Assembly (NCBI GenBank): GCA_051294905.1 | Contig: CM119372.1 | Location: forward strand, 10,418,001-10,482,000 | Length of the DNA stretch: 64,000 nucleotides | Direction of reading: 5' to 3' | Source: Botryllus schlosseri | Lineage: Eukaryota | Shown: one piece after another, positions 1 to 10,884 of the stretch | How positions within the stretch are numbered: the first letter of the stretch is position 1 | How the letters are laid out: each line of letters begins with the position of its first letter | Notes under the pieces: generated by a model | What the model saw: only the letters and a program-made list of their open reading frames with translations | Database searches by the model: none | Told to the model about the DNA's origin: nothing | Program-made: the position numbers and the translations under genes

Positions 1-1364
1 GATATTTCATGTTGGTGTGAACGTTAGGACTCAGAAATGTGTGTCAATTCAGGGCCCCTCCAACCATATGTCAATTAGCCATGAATCGTAGGAATTCCCT
101 GATAAGCGAGCTGCATCCGATCGGGTTTCGTCTTACACTACGCCATTGTGACCGCACATGTGACTTCCTGATTTCCTTCTATTGTGCAAAATGCATTCAT
201 TGTGGACGAGTGCGGCCTGATACAATTGTTCTATCGTAGTTAATGCATGAATTGATATATAACATTGATACAACCCGATTGTATAAAATGGTTTATTTTG
301 AATCAGCAATCTTTCCAACTCCATAATCTTAACTCGGACCGTTCACCGCTTACTTGTTCGCGTAGCCTACATTTCCATCAGACGTCCAGAACATTTGCTA
401 TCGTTGGAATGATAAGATTGTGTTAGATATGCTCTACATAGGTACAGTATGTGTGACTGAAGGTATTTACCAAGTTTAGAAGTTGAAATATCTGATGAAA
501 CAAATTGTGCATCCGCAAATATATGAATTAGGTTGTGAAATGAATTGTCATCCCCATACCAATTTTCCAGTTGGTCACAACAACTACAAAGTTGATAATG
601 AACCCATTTTTGGGTGACTTGACTCGAGTCACAAGCTAAGAATGACTTCACTTGAGTCGGATTCAATGTATAAAAAATATTAAGCGGCTATAGTCACTCG
701 CAGTCATCAAATATTGTATTTGGCAAAACATTCTGATTCTTTTAAATGAGCATGTCATCATTACAGATCATTTATTCACTGGATTCAAATTTCGTTATTT
801 GACGGGAATGGTAATGTCTGTTTGATGGTAACTAAACGTTTTCAAGACGTTTTATTAATCAGATTAAGTGGTGGGTGTTTGAATTGGAAATAACCTATCA
901 AATATTATTTGGGTTGCGGCGCAATTTGTAAAACGCAAAAGGATTAACTGGACGTTGTCATATTTCATGGGAGAATAGCCTTCCTATCAGTGTTGGGATC
1001 AAGTCACTACCTTCGCGTCACGAGTCATCTCGAGTCATTGCACATTTTGACTCGAGTCAAGTCAATCGATTTTCAAAGGTGACTCGAGTCAAGTCAAGTC
1101 ACTCGTTTTTTGGAGGTGACTCGAGTCAAGTCAAGTCAAGTCAAGTCACGAGTCAAGTGAAAATTCAAGTCAAATTGAATTTTCGAAGTATGAGTGATCA
1201 TTCAAATTCATTATATTTTACAAGCTGTGTTAAAGAGTTCAATTGGTCATTTATCTTGAATCAAACAACGAATATAAAGTTAAATATACATGCAAAAATG
1301 CGTTGTATCGCTCACGCACACGTAGAACTCCTAATAAAATAAGTTAGTAACTGAATAGCTACAT

Positions 1365-2716
1365 CAGGGGTGTCAAACATACGACCCGTCAAATGATTTC
1401 ATTCGGCCCGCGAAGAAATTCTGAGTAGGGGAGATGTGGTACCGATAGATCAAAAATTGGAAAATGATCGCTGGCCTCAAAATATTCAGCCGAAAACAGC
1501 AGGTCTTTTGCTGGCTCAGCACTTTGATACAAGCTCTACCTATCGCGCACATATACATGAATATCCGTCTTTTCAAAAAATATTTATGGACGTTCAAAAT
1601 TTGTTGCTCGAACGTGTCATCGGTCCCCACCCGGTGGGTCCAATGGCACACGACCCGGGGACCTATGACACATATACCCTAAATACCTCAGATGTGACAA
1701 CTTTTCTTGCTCAGTATTATAATCTAAGCTACAGTAAGCCAAAGAAGAATGTTTGATCGCAACCGTCAAAAAATAGAATAAATATAAACTCAAATGTTGT
1801 CATAAAATCACATTTCGATTTAGGCTCGGACTTATAAATTTGATGGTACATACATATTGCCCGAAAATCGACAGTGTGACTTCCAAATACCTCGTTATAG
1901 CGATAAAACATCATATATAATTATTACATAAAGATTTTCTGTACGTAGGCATGTTTCATTTGTTTTATGATAAGTATGCTTGATTATTTTGCTTGATTTG
2001 GCTATTGTATCATCGGTCCCCAACCTACGAATTTTAAACGTGAATCGAAAAAAATTCCACTCAAGGAAAGTACTGCAAAAATAATAGGTGCCATTATATA
2101 GCCTGATACAAGCCCTACACTGCACAATAAAAATGATTGCTGGTTTGCTCGTGTTGAAGGTTACAAAGAAAAATGTATATGTCGATATAAATTTACTTTA
2201 CACCCCCAAAACAAAAAACATCTGTGAGAGACCCCATAGCTCGCGCACGTCGAATTTTTTTGTATGTGAGGAAAGATTTTGCCAGCAAGCAATTGTAGAC
2301 AAGTTCACGGAGTGTAATCATGGAATGATCATAGAGAATTTTCAAAGTATTTTCGGTCCCAGTGATCCATCGGTACCACATCTCCCCTATATGTTGAAAT
2401 TGCGTGATTTTATCCAACACATTTATCGAATTTGTAGTAAGAAATATAACTAATAAATACTCCTCCAGGATAGCAAATTTCGAGTATGTTCAGTTCATAG
2501 GCCACATTATAACCACCCGACAGCGGAGTTGTGATTGTAGTCATCGTCAGGAGAAAATCGCTGACATTGACACCCATATTCCGAGAATGCGAAAAAGTGC
2601 ATATATATTGAGTTAAGAGTTAGTAACATTTTGGAATCATTTGACTGGTATGCGGCCCGAGAGTGATCTGAATATTTGACTTCAACCCGCGACGTCAGTT
2701 GAGTTTGACAACTCTG
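1365..2716. mobile_element. Nested non-autonomous hAT element (CAGGGGTGTCAAA ends)
   Basis: CAGGGGTGTCAAAC at 1365 and GTTTGACAACTCTG ending at 2716. Flanks AGCTACAT/AACTACAT match 7/8. Confidence 0.75.
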
Positions 2717-2861
2717 AACTACATGCTACATTCTCTGATTATCAGCCAAAATAGAGGATCGAATGCGAAGCCTCGAAAATATGAAAGAAATGGATATGGT
2801 ACAATACACTAGCCATCTATGCACAAGCACATCTGTGAGGATATGCATGCATAAAATTTTT

Positions 2862-3190
2862 GGGGAAGCGAGTGGCGCAGTTGGTTACGCACTGCAGTCA
2901 CGACACCAATGGATGTGGTTTCGAATCCCGGTTCTGACCAACATCTACGTGTCAGAGGTTTCTCTGGGCTCCTCATCGCCGATCCCACTACTACGGTAGT
3001 GCGTTGAAAAGCCCAGACCGAAAGTGAGCCGTGCTACAAGTCGGCAGCTGAGAAGAGGATGAAAGCCGTCCCCATGATTACGAAAGGCAAAGACACTATG
3101 AACATTATCACAATTCATGTCGTGGCAGCACATAGCTTGAAAAAGCGATAAGCGCCACTGTGTTGTACCAATAATAATAATAATAATAAT
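2862..3190 (+). mobile_element. tRNA-derived SINE with (TAA)n tail
   Basis: Pol III A box (TGGCGCAGTTGG) and B-box-like GTTTCGAATCC, with a (TAA)n tail at 3170-3190. TSD ATGCATAAAATTT at 2847-2859 and 4268-4280, the second copy displaced by the LINE. Body segments recur at ~15520-15685, ~16330-16440 and ~12165-12200. Confidence 0.8.
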
Positions 3191-3196
3191 GCATAA

Positions 3197-4258
3197 CAAT
3201 GCTCAAAATGAGAGAAACGATATGGGAATCGATGACTCTTCATGGACAGCACAAGAAGTTAACTTCACAGCCCCATGTAGACGAGCTTTCATGGACCTGG
3301 CTATCCAGCTCTGGCCTGAAACCGGCAAGCGAAGGATTCATTTTCGCAGCACAAGACCAATCGCTTCCTACAAAATACTATCGCAAAAGAATTCTGAAGC
3401 AAAACACGGACGGCAAATGCAGAATGTGCCACAACCAAAATGAAACTGTAGCACATCTCATGTCCGGCTGTGGTGCACTTGCAGCTACCGAATACACATG
3501 GAGACACAATAGGATTGGTCACTACATTCATCTTGAATTATGCAAACATTTTAACATCACCACTTCGACAAAAAATTGGTATGATTACAGCCCAGCACCA
3601 GTGACAGAAAACGAACAAGTAAAAATTCTGTGGGATGTACCAGTCATAACTGACCGCGAAATCAGGAGCAACCGCCCGGATATAATCGTCAAACTAAAGA
3701 AGAAAAGAGAATGCTTATTCATTGAACTGGCTGTCCCAGCTGATCACAACCTACTGCAAAAAGAATCAGAAAAATACTCCAAATACGCAGACCTCAAAAT
3801 GGAATGTGAGAAAATGTGGCGATGCAAAATAAACATTGTACCGATAGTCATTGGTGCTACAGGGGTCGTGAGCAAAAAACTCATGAGGCATATCCAACAA
3901 ATTCCGGGTAACGTTCGATTCGACATGATCCAGAAAATCACATTATTGGGCACTGTGCACATTCTTCGGAAGGCCTTGAATGCACCACTGGACTAAAATT
4001 ACACTTGTGAATCACAGCATAATTTCTGTAATTTCGATTCTTCGTCTTCAATCATCTCTACCTCTGCACTGTAACCCTTGCCAATTCTTCATCTGCTGCA
4101 ATTCTGTAATCTGACTTCTCCGTGTATTGCATAGGAATAACAATTTGAATGTATTACTGAAATTTTAAAAATTTACTCCAATCTCGCCATTTTCCTTTGG
4201 GGGCAGGTTGCTCCCCGGATTATGTGTGTATCTACCAGTTTTACTGTGAATAAAGAAT
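3197..4258 (+). mobile_element. 5'-truncated R4/Dong-type non-LTR retrotransposon (restriction-like endonuclease class)
   Basis: Contains the ORF at 3199-3996, then a 3' UTR with AATAAA at ~4248. 17-bp TSD ATAATAATAATGCATAA at 3180-3196 and 4259-4275. Confidence 0.85.
3199..3996 (+). CDS. C-terminal 265 aa of the non-LTR ORF: CCHC zinc knuckle plus RLE endonuclease; RT domain lost by truncation
   Basis: CRMC...H..SGC knuckle, RHN motif, ILWD, and RPDII...IELAVP...KYSKY (PD-(D/E)xK-type RLE). AAQDQSLPT is typical of R4/Dong-like ORFs. The frame is uninterrupted. Confidence 0.88.
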   Translation: MLKMRETIWESMTLHGQHKKLTSQPHVDELSWTWLSSSGLKPASEGFIFAAQDQSLPTKYYRKRILKQNTDGKCRMCHNQNETVAHLMSGCGALAATEYTWRHNRIGHYIHLELCKHFNITTSTKNWYDYSPAPVTENEQVKILWDVPVITDREIRSNRPDIIVKLKKKRECLFIELAVPADHNLLQKESEKYSKYADLKMECEKMWRCKINIVPIVIGATGVVSKKLMRHIQQIPGNVRFDMIQKITLLGTVHILRKALNAPLD

Positions 4259-5281
4259 ATAATAATAATGCATAAAATTTGTTCGATCTAAATCATACAA
4301 GTTGGTAAAGGTGAGCGCCGCGCAATCTAAGGACAGAACCGTCCAATAAACAGCGATACGTTGCTATTAAATTAATCTTCTACTACGACAATGCAAGCTG
4401 TGATTATTTCGTTTGCGGTTAGTGTTGTGATGTAGGATCAGTGAAACGTACAATCAGTGAATGACTGGTTGGTCTCACAAGTTACAACGGCATATCGTGA
4501 ATAATCCGAACATGCACAAATACATTGATTTTGTCGACACCGTTTACTTGATGACTTGAAATTGACTCGTAAATTTTGCTCCGAGTCACGAGTCAATCCA
4601 CATTTTTGAAGCGCCGAGTCAAGTCAAGTCAAGTCATTTTTGCAAAGTGACTCGAGTCAAGTCAGGTCATTCGAAAAAGTTGACTCGAGTCATCCCAACA
4701 CTGTTTCCTATATGGTCTGGCTATGTCTGCGGACAAGGATAAGTACGCCTAATGGGTTGAAGGTGCCGTGATATTTAGTAAACGATATGTTAATAGACTG
4801 CAGATGTTGCAGTCCGTTGACAGTGCAAGAAGAAGAATACGTTAAATTTATGATACCGCGACACAAAGGCAGTGATAATGAGAGAAAGTTTAACAAGTTT
4901 TACGCTGCCAATCTTACATGTGCCGGTGCTATGCATCTACATTCGCACTTTAACTCAAACGACGATTAATATCTTGGAAAATGTGGACTCCAAATTGACC
5001 CGAAATCAGAAAATCTGAGATGGGTTGACTTGACACGCGATTTGACTTGACTTGATACACGACTTTAAATTGAAAAGACTTGGCTAATGACTCGAGTCAA
5101 AATTTGCAGTGACTAGAAATGACTTGTGACTCGGAGATAGAGTGACTTGGTTCCAACATTGGTTCTGTATAATACACGGTCAATTTAAGATATCGTTGAT
5201 GACATAGGCAACTGCATATAACATGGCAGCTGGAAGAGAAAAAGTATAATTGCAAATAGAAATAAGCATTATCACACTTAC

Positions 5282-7996
5282 AACCCACACACCAACTTTG
5301 TTGCTTTTCCTTTTCTTCTCCAGTAGACTGTCAATATCGTAGTCCCCTGCTTTCAAAATTTCTTGTAAGATCAGATTGGTGCTGCCGTATGGCGCGTATA
5401 TTCCCGAATCCGAACGGTAAGAAAACGTCAAGTTGAAGGTATTGTCAAACTCGGTCAATTGAGAACCATGGTTTTTTTCCAAAGTCCACCATAAGTACAA
5501 TTTCTTCGGGTTTCTGAAAAATGGTTAATATAGTCGGGTCAGTGTGCGACTTCAGTTATAATATAATCCTATAAAAAGTGTAACTAAAATCAATATGACT
5601 GCTCATTGCCAACGTTCTTAGATTCGTAAATTAGAAAAAACAATTAATGGGAGTGGTATGGTTAGTAAAACATCGTAAACCAATGAAAGCAAATGCAGTC
5701 GTCTGCTACATTGACTTCTCTTATGAGCGCAACGCATATTATTTGAAATGTTTACGATAATAGTATTATTTTCGCAACGTTTCATAGTCCCCCAGCCGCC
5801 GTCGGTGTATAGAGAAATCACATCGTTCGAGAATTTGCCTTCGAGCTTTCGATCGCCATCAGCGCGACGCTGAATCGCAAAGTCTCGGGTCTTTATCGAC
5901 TGACATTGAAATTTCAGACTCATTTCAATATTCTCCGAAGATTTTATAGTGAATTCGGGGCCAAAATTATATAAATAACGACACCTATCGATGATAGCAA
6001 ACACCAGTTAACGCGACATATATGATGGTACGACGTTAAATAATAATATTATTATCACATTTGTCAGAAATGGAGTAGTTATTATCGTTACTCGGAAACA
6101 ATCAATCATTTTACTTGTTAGGCTGTTACTAAATATTTAATATTCATTGTCGATGAATATGCCGAATTAAAACACTCTTTACAATCCCATATGGCTTTTC
6201 CTGAGACATTCAGTCGAAGGTGTAGGCTACGATATATGCTAACCTCTACCAAATAATTTCGCAATGATTGGAATCGAAATAAATCATTTGCGCGTAAACG
6301 GCTGCACGATTGTATTATAGATGACTAATGACTGGAAACAATACCGCGAACAGCGTTGGATTGGTTGTCAAGCGTCATTACGGAAGGTCACAATATTATA
6401 TATATTGTATATGCATAACGTGCTTATAGCAACCTCTTTGGGATGCGTATTGCTAATACTAGAGGGCAATATCTCATGAATCAGTGATAGATACCACAGA
6501 ATTACCACAAACATATTATGCTTGTAACAAATACCCAACTTAGGGCCATCCCAATCGATTGTGAAGCCTTCCCGTTGGTTATGAGATTCTGTTGAAACTG
6601 GTCACACGCACACGCACATGAGAGCGCGCGCCACTGCAAATACATGGTATGATATATTAGCCTTACATGGGATGGTCTTCTTTTTAGTGGGAAACGCGAG
6701 CAGTCAATCAATACTGTTGTATTATTTTATTATCACCGAAACCAACCTTGGTCCGGGCACGGAATTCACACTTCCAGCTCCACTGTAATGGAATATTAGA
6801 GCACCGCTTTCGCTTAGCTTCGAACGATCGTACGTAATATCGCAGTCGATGTGGGCACCACATACTTGCGGATTCGCCAAATATGTTATTTTCGATCCGA
6901 ACTGCGGAGACCATATTAAAATGGTCGGCCTGTGTCCAGGAGGATTTACAATTTCGTTGAAAGTAGGATTTTGCAGGCCGATATAGCTTCCACTGGGAGC
7001 ATGTTCACCGGGAAGAACATCTCTTTTGTTTGGCGATAATCTGTCGAGACGCGGGGGCACGTTCACTATTTCCTCATTTACTGGTGCGTCACCCAATATT
7101 CTCTCGGTAATGGCGCGTTGCTTGGGTTGTATTCCTCGCGAATCATCATCCCTCTCTGGCGTACTCTGAAAACGTTCATACAGTGAAATCAACGATACTG
7201 GTAAAAAGCATAAGAGGGTTGTTGCGAAATGCGTGGAAAGGCATGTGACTTTACATACGCTCGAGACTCGACAGTCGACATTCGTTGACATTTGACAGGC
7301 AGTTTCACAATTTCGATGGACCGAGATGGATATGCGTCAGCCCTCAATATTACTGGGACACGATCTGACACATCACCTCACATCGACATATGCCTCGTAT
7401 ATTTCATCGCTAATTGCATACTATCCCTCATCTCTTTTAATCAACTGTGCATGACTCTTATTTTCATGCTATAGGGCAGGCACTATTAAGCGCCTGATTT
7501 TAAAGACTGCTCCATGTCCAAGCCTCCTATCTTTTCATTATATCGCAATCTTGTGGTGTTTTGATCTCATAAAAAATTCAATAAAATTGAACAATCAAGA
7601 GATGAAAAATTGCATAAACCTGGATAAAATTGAAATTGAAGCTGACAAGAGTTGACGGATGCAATTAAAATCTGAATATAGCCAACTGAAACTAGACTTT
7701 AATTAGAGACAATGAAAATGAGATCTTATTCGATATGCAAACAGCAATACAGACACCGTACACGACGTTTTCACTGCTCAGTGTTCAGTGTACACTGCGT
7801 GTGATTGCCTGAAGTTTGCACTATGAAGTATACTGTTAGCCATAAATTCAAACATTGAATTTAACGGCATAGCAGTGATGCCATCCCATACCGTGCTTGC
7901 CGTGTCCACTTTCACTTTCAGAAGCACTACTCCTACCGAGACCAGTAGCAACAGAATAAATTGTCTTCGTCTACGTCCGCAAATCAAAGCCTTCAT
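5282..7996 (-). CDS. GT10 alpha-1,3-fucosyltransferase-like gene, 5' part: exons 7996-7892, 7165-6747, 5513-5282; catalytic C-terminal exons not found in the window
   Basis: Type II signal anchor (RRRRQFILLLLVSVGVVLL), then CDITYDRSKLSESGALIFH, LYLWWTLE, FNLTFSYRSDSGIYAPYG and KVGVWV, matching GT10 N-terminal motifs. GT/AG sites keep the frame (105, 419 and 232 nt). Confidence 0.8.
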
Positions 7997-10095
7997 TATT
8001 CAGAAGGACCAGGATCCTGACCTACCAGTAAATTCGATGCACATCACAACGCCTACTTGCAACATACACTCGAGGAAACCTGCGAGAGAAGCAGTGCTCG
8101 AGCTTTTATCTACACGATTGCATTGTTGTTAGCACTATACGATGCTCTTTCAAATTTAATAGATAACCTATTAAAGATCGACATCATGGATAGGAAGCAC
8201 AAAGTTACGCTATAATTTGAAATCGGATCGGCACACCTAGGGTTGCATATATAAAACAAAACGCGTTTTAAAACAAGCCTGTTTAAAACAGGTTTATAAA
8301 TATGTTTTAACAAAAATCCTTAGTCAAAGTCAGTATATTTGTGTCAAACTTGACTAAATATTGTCGAAAGACAGGTACGGTGATCATTAAGTCGACTTCC
8401 ACTAGAAATAGTTGAATTATGTGATATGGCACCTTCGAAGTCCTGCATGTATTGGGCACTTGCATCACACAGCTTAGATATCAATCTACCACGGCTGAAA
8501 AACTTATTATAGCTAGAGATTAATAAATTAATTATTTGGTCGGCCGAATCACTGGGTGTAATTTTTTTGTGAAAATGCCGTTACGGTACGGATTCATTTT
8601 GATGAAGCGAGCACAAATAATCTCATAATGGTCGAGTCGATTGATTATTTTGGGAAATATGTGTGGATTGGGTGAGTGCAACTTCCGCGATAAAATAGTC
8701 TACTGCATTGCAGTGTCGAATACAATGTGGGAAATGTCAAGCAGTTGTTACTACACGCAATTCAGTCTGTCGTGGACACATCTTGGAGTTTTTGTCACGT
8801 GAAAATATTTCTTGAATAGTTAGAATGCTATTGTATCTCATGCACTCGAATGCACCAAAATTTAGACGTTATTTTCATAAAATTGGCGGATCATATGGTT
8901 AAACAAAACATTATAAAACACATTTTAATCACGGGCCTTGTTTAAAAAACTTATGCGTCAAGGTGAGATTGGTCTATTTATGCAACTTATATTTAGGTTT
9001 GTTTCCGAGCTTCATATTCTGCACTGTAGGTTCCGCTAGTTACAGGTTGTATGATTTTTTATTTTTACTTTCACAGATCGGAGGCATAAGCATTGCATTG
9101 GAATCATTACTCAAATCTTACATATAATTTGAGCAAATACATGATTACGAACGTTTCAATTATACCAATTTGCCGGACGGGAATGTTTAGGGTCGCCGGG
9201 GTCTAGGTTTGGGTGTACCTACCTCGACGATTATGTTTCTTCAATGTTCATGCTATGCATATATGTGCCTAAAATGGTTAAAAATTCCTGGAAAACAGCG
9301 GAATTAGTGTTGCGTAAAAGACGGAGGCCGCACTTGTAGTAATAGCCTCACAGAGACCATGCTCGAGCTATAATTACTCAGCACTACTAAGATTTACGAA
9401 TATCTCAGACAGGCAGACTATAGAGTTTCGCTCAGGCGAAACGCGCATATAGGTTTTGCGCTGGTCAGAATCAAAGCCGGTAAGGGCTATGGAAATAAAG
9501 ATAACCTCGAAGGGCCCAAACGCCAGTGAATATGCAGACGAAAATATAGGGTACTTGGCAGCAATGCAAAATACAACACCTCTGTATTATATATAGAAAC
9601 CAAGCATTGCAAGCCCGCAGCCCGAACGTGTTGTCTATTCGTGATGCTTTTGTATTAAAATACTGGAAATGACAAGCATGCCTGAAGGAATATCAGATGT
9701 GTATTGGTTGGCGATATTCCATTGTGACGTTCTATTTTTCATTTTGTCATCCAGTGCAATGTGTCATTTTATATTGTCATTCTTGTTTTGACTATAGCTG
9801 CAGCCAATGTAGGGCGTAATAGGTGCTTAATTGATGGATTTTATCGAGACGTTCCGATTTCTTCCTATATCGTTTCATTGTATATGGTCAATCGTAATCT
9901 TGTGGTGATTTGGATTGATGAAAATAATAACACGCAGATCTGAACTGAATTTCTCTTCCAGCCATTGATACAATGGCACAGGGTACTCAGTGAATTACAT
10001 AGGCCGATATGTAACGTGATTTTCGTTACAATCTAAATCTTCAATAATACATCGCCAATATCGAGAAAATTAGCGTCACGTTTAGGGATTAATTA

Positions 10096-10590
10096 CACTG
10101 GGCAACAACTTTGAACGAAAAATATGTCGACTATTATTTTGCATTTGATTTAGGCTAATTTTGGTATGCTGATTCCAAAAATGCCGCTGATTTTCTTCTA
10201 CAACGTCAAGTTCACTATTGCGCGAGTGTCAAACGAGACAACCCACCGAATTATGAGTTATTAGCGTAACTTTGGACCCTGAAACCTGCACTTTATTTGT
10301 CCTGCAGCAGCAATATCAGTTTGAATAAACCAAATAAAGCATTGGAAATGTTAATTTGGAGTCTATTGATTTACTTTCGACAACTTGTAGTTTTTGAAAC
10401 GTTTTATACAGTAAACACAAAATATAAAAAGTAGTATACGTTTATGTTGATTATGAGAAAATGGGGTGGGTGCCTACCCCTAAAACTTGACGTGATAGAG
10501 AAAAATGGAAGTCATTTTTGAAATCCGCGCCCCAAAGTTAGTCGAAATCAATTGTCTGACCAAAGTCAACAAAAATTGTGTTTACCAGTG
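10096..10590. mobile_element. Non-autonomous CMC/Chapaev3-like element (CACTG...CAGTG)
   Basis: CACTGGGCAACA at 10096 and TGTTTACCAGTG ending at 10590, with TTA on both sides. Both ends align in reverse orientation with 55071-56672. Confidence 0.7.
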
Positions 10591-10779
10591 TTATTATCAA
10601 TGGCAATTTCAGCAAACTACCTAAATTATGATAGAATCTAAAGAATAAAACTCCATAAAATTAAAAACCTCATTTTATATTTAACCGTGTGAATGACATT
10701 TCTTGCGTGACGCAGTATTCGCACATTCCGAAATTCTAAATTCGGGTCTGTAATCGCTATCATTCAAAATGGCACTCAC

Positions 10780-10884
10780 TGTCAATGTGTCCACTTTCAG
10801 TTTCAAAGACAGTAATCCGACAAAGAGCAGCAGTAGCAGAAAAAAGTATCTTCGTTTACGGCCAAAAATTAAAATCCTCATCAT
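10780..10884 (-). CDS. Paralogous copy of fucosyltransferase exon 1 (candidate alternative first coding exon)
   Basis: MMRILIFGRKRRYFFLLLLLFVGLLSLKLKVDTLT versus MKALICGRRRRQFILLLLVSVGVVLLKVKVDTAST. Both are 105 nt and phase 0. Donor is GTGAGT. Confidence 0.7.

Larger units (their letters stand above)
988..4703. mobile_element. Non-autonomous hAT-type element (TIR CAGTGTTGGGAT) with subterminal GACTCGAGTC/CAAGT arrays and three nested insertions
   Basis: CAGTGTTGGGAT at 988 and ATCCCAACACTG ending at 4703. 8-bp flanks CTTCCTAT/TTTCCTAT match 7/8. Same family as 57019-58343, in the opposite orientation. Confidence 0.85.

Noticed and set aside
1010..1175. CRISPR-like array from recurring GACTCGAGTCAAGTC units
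   Set aside because: Spacing is irregular, there are no unique constant-length spacers or cas genes, the context is eukaryotic, and the units are MITE subterminal repeats.
2325..2355. FENS motif on the minus strand as the missing fucosyltransferase catalytic exon (also at ~1180)
   Set aside because: Both are followed almost at once by stops and lie inside MITEs. The remaining exons are probably left of the window.
2862..2940. tRNA gene
   Set aside because: A and B boxes are present but I could not fold a clean cloverleaf. It continues into a repeated body with a (TAA)n tail and TSD, so it is a SINE head.
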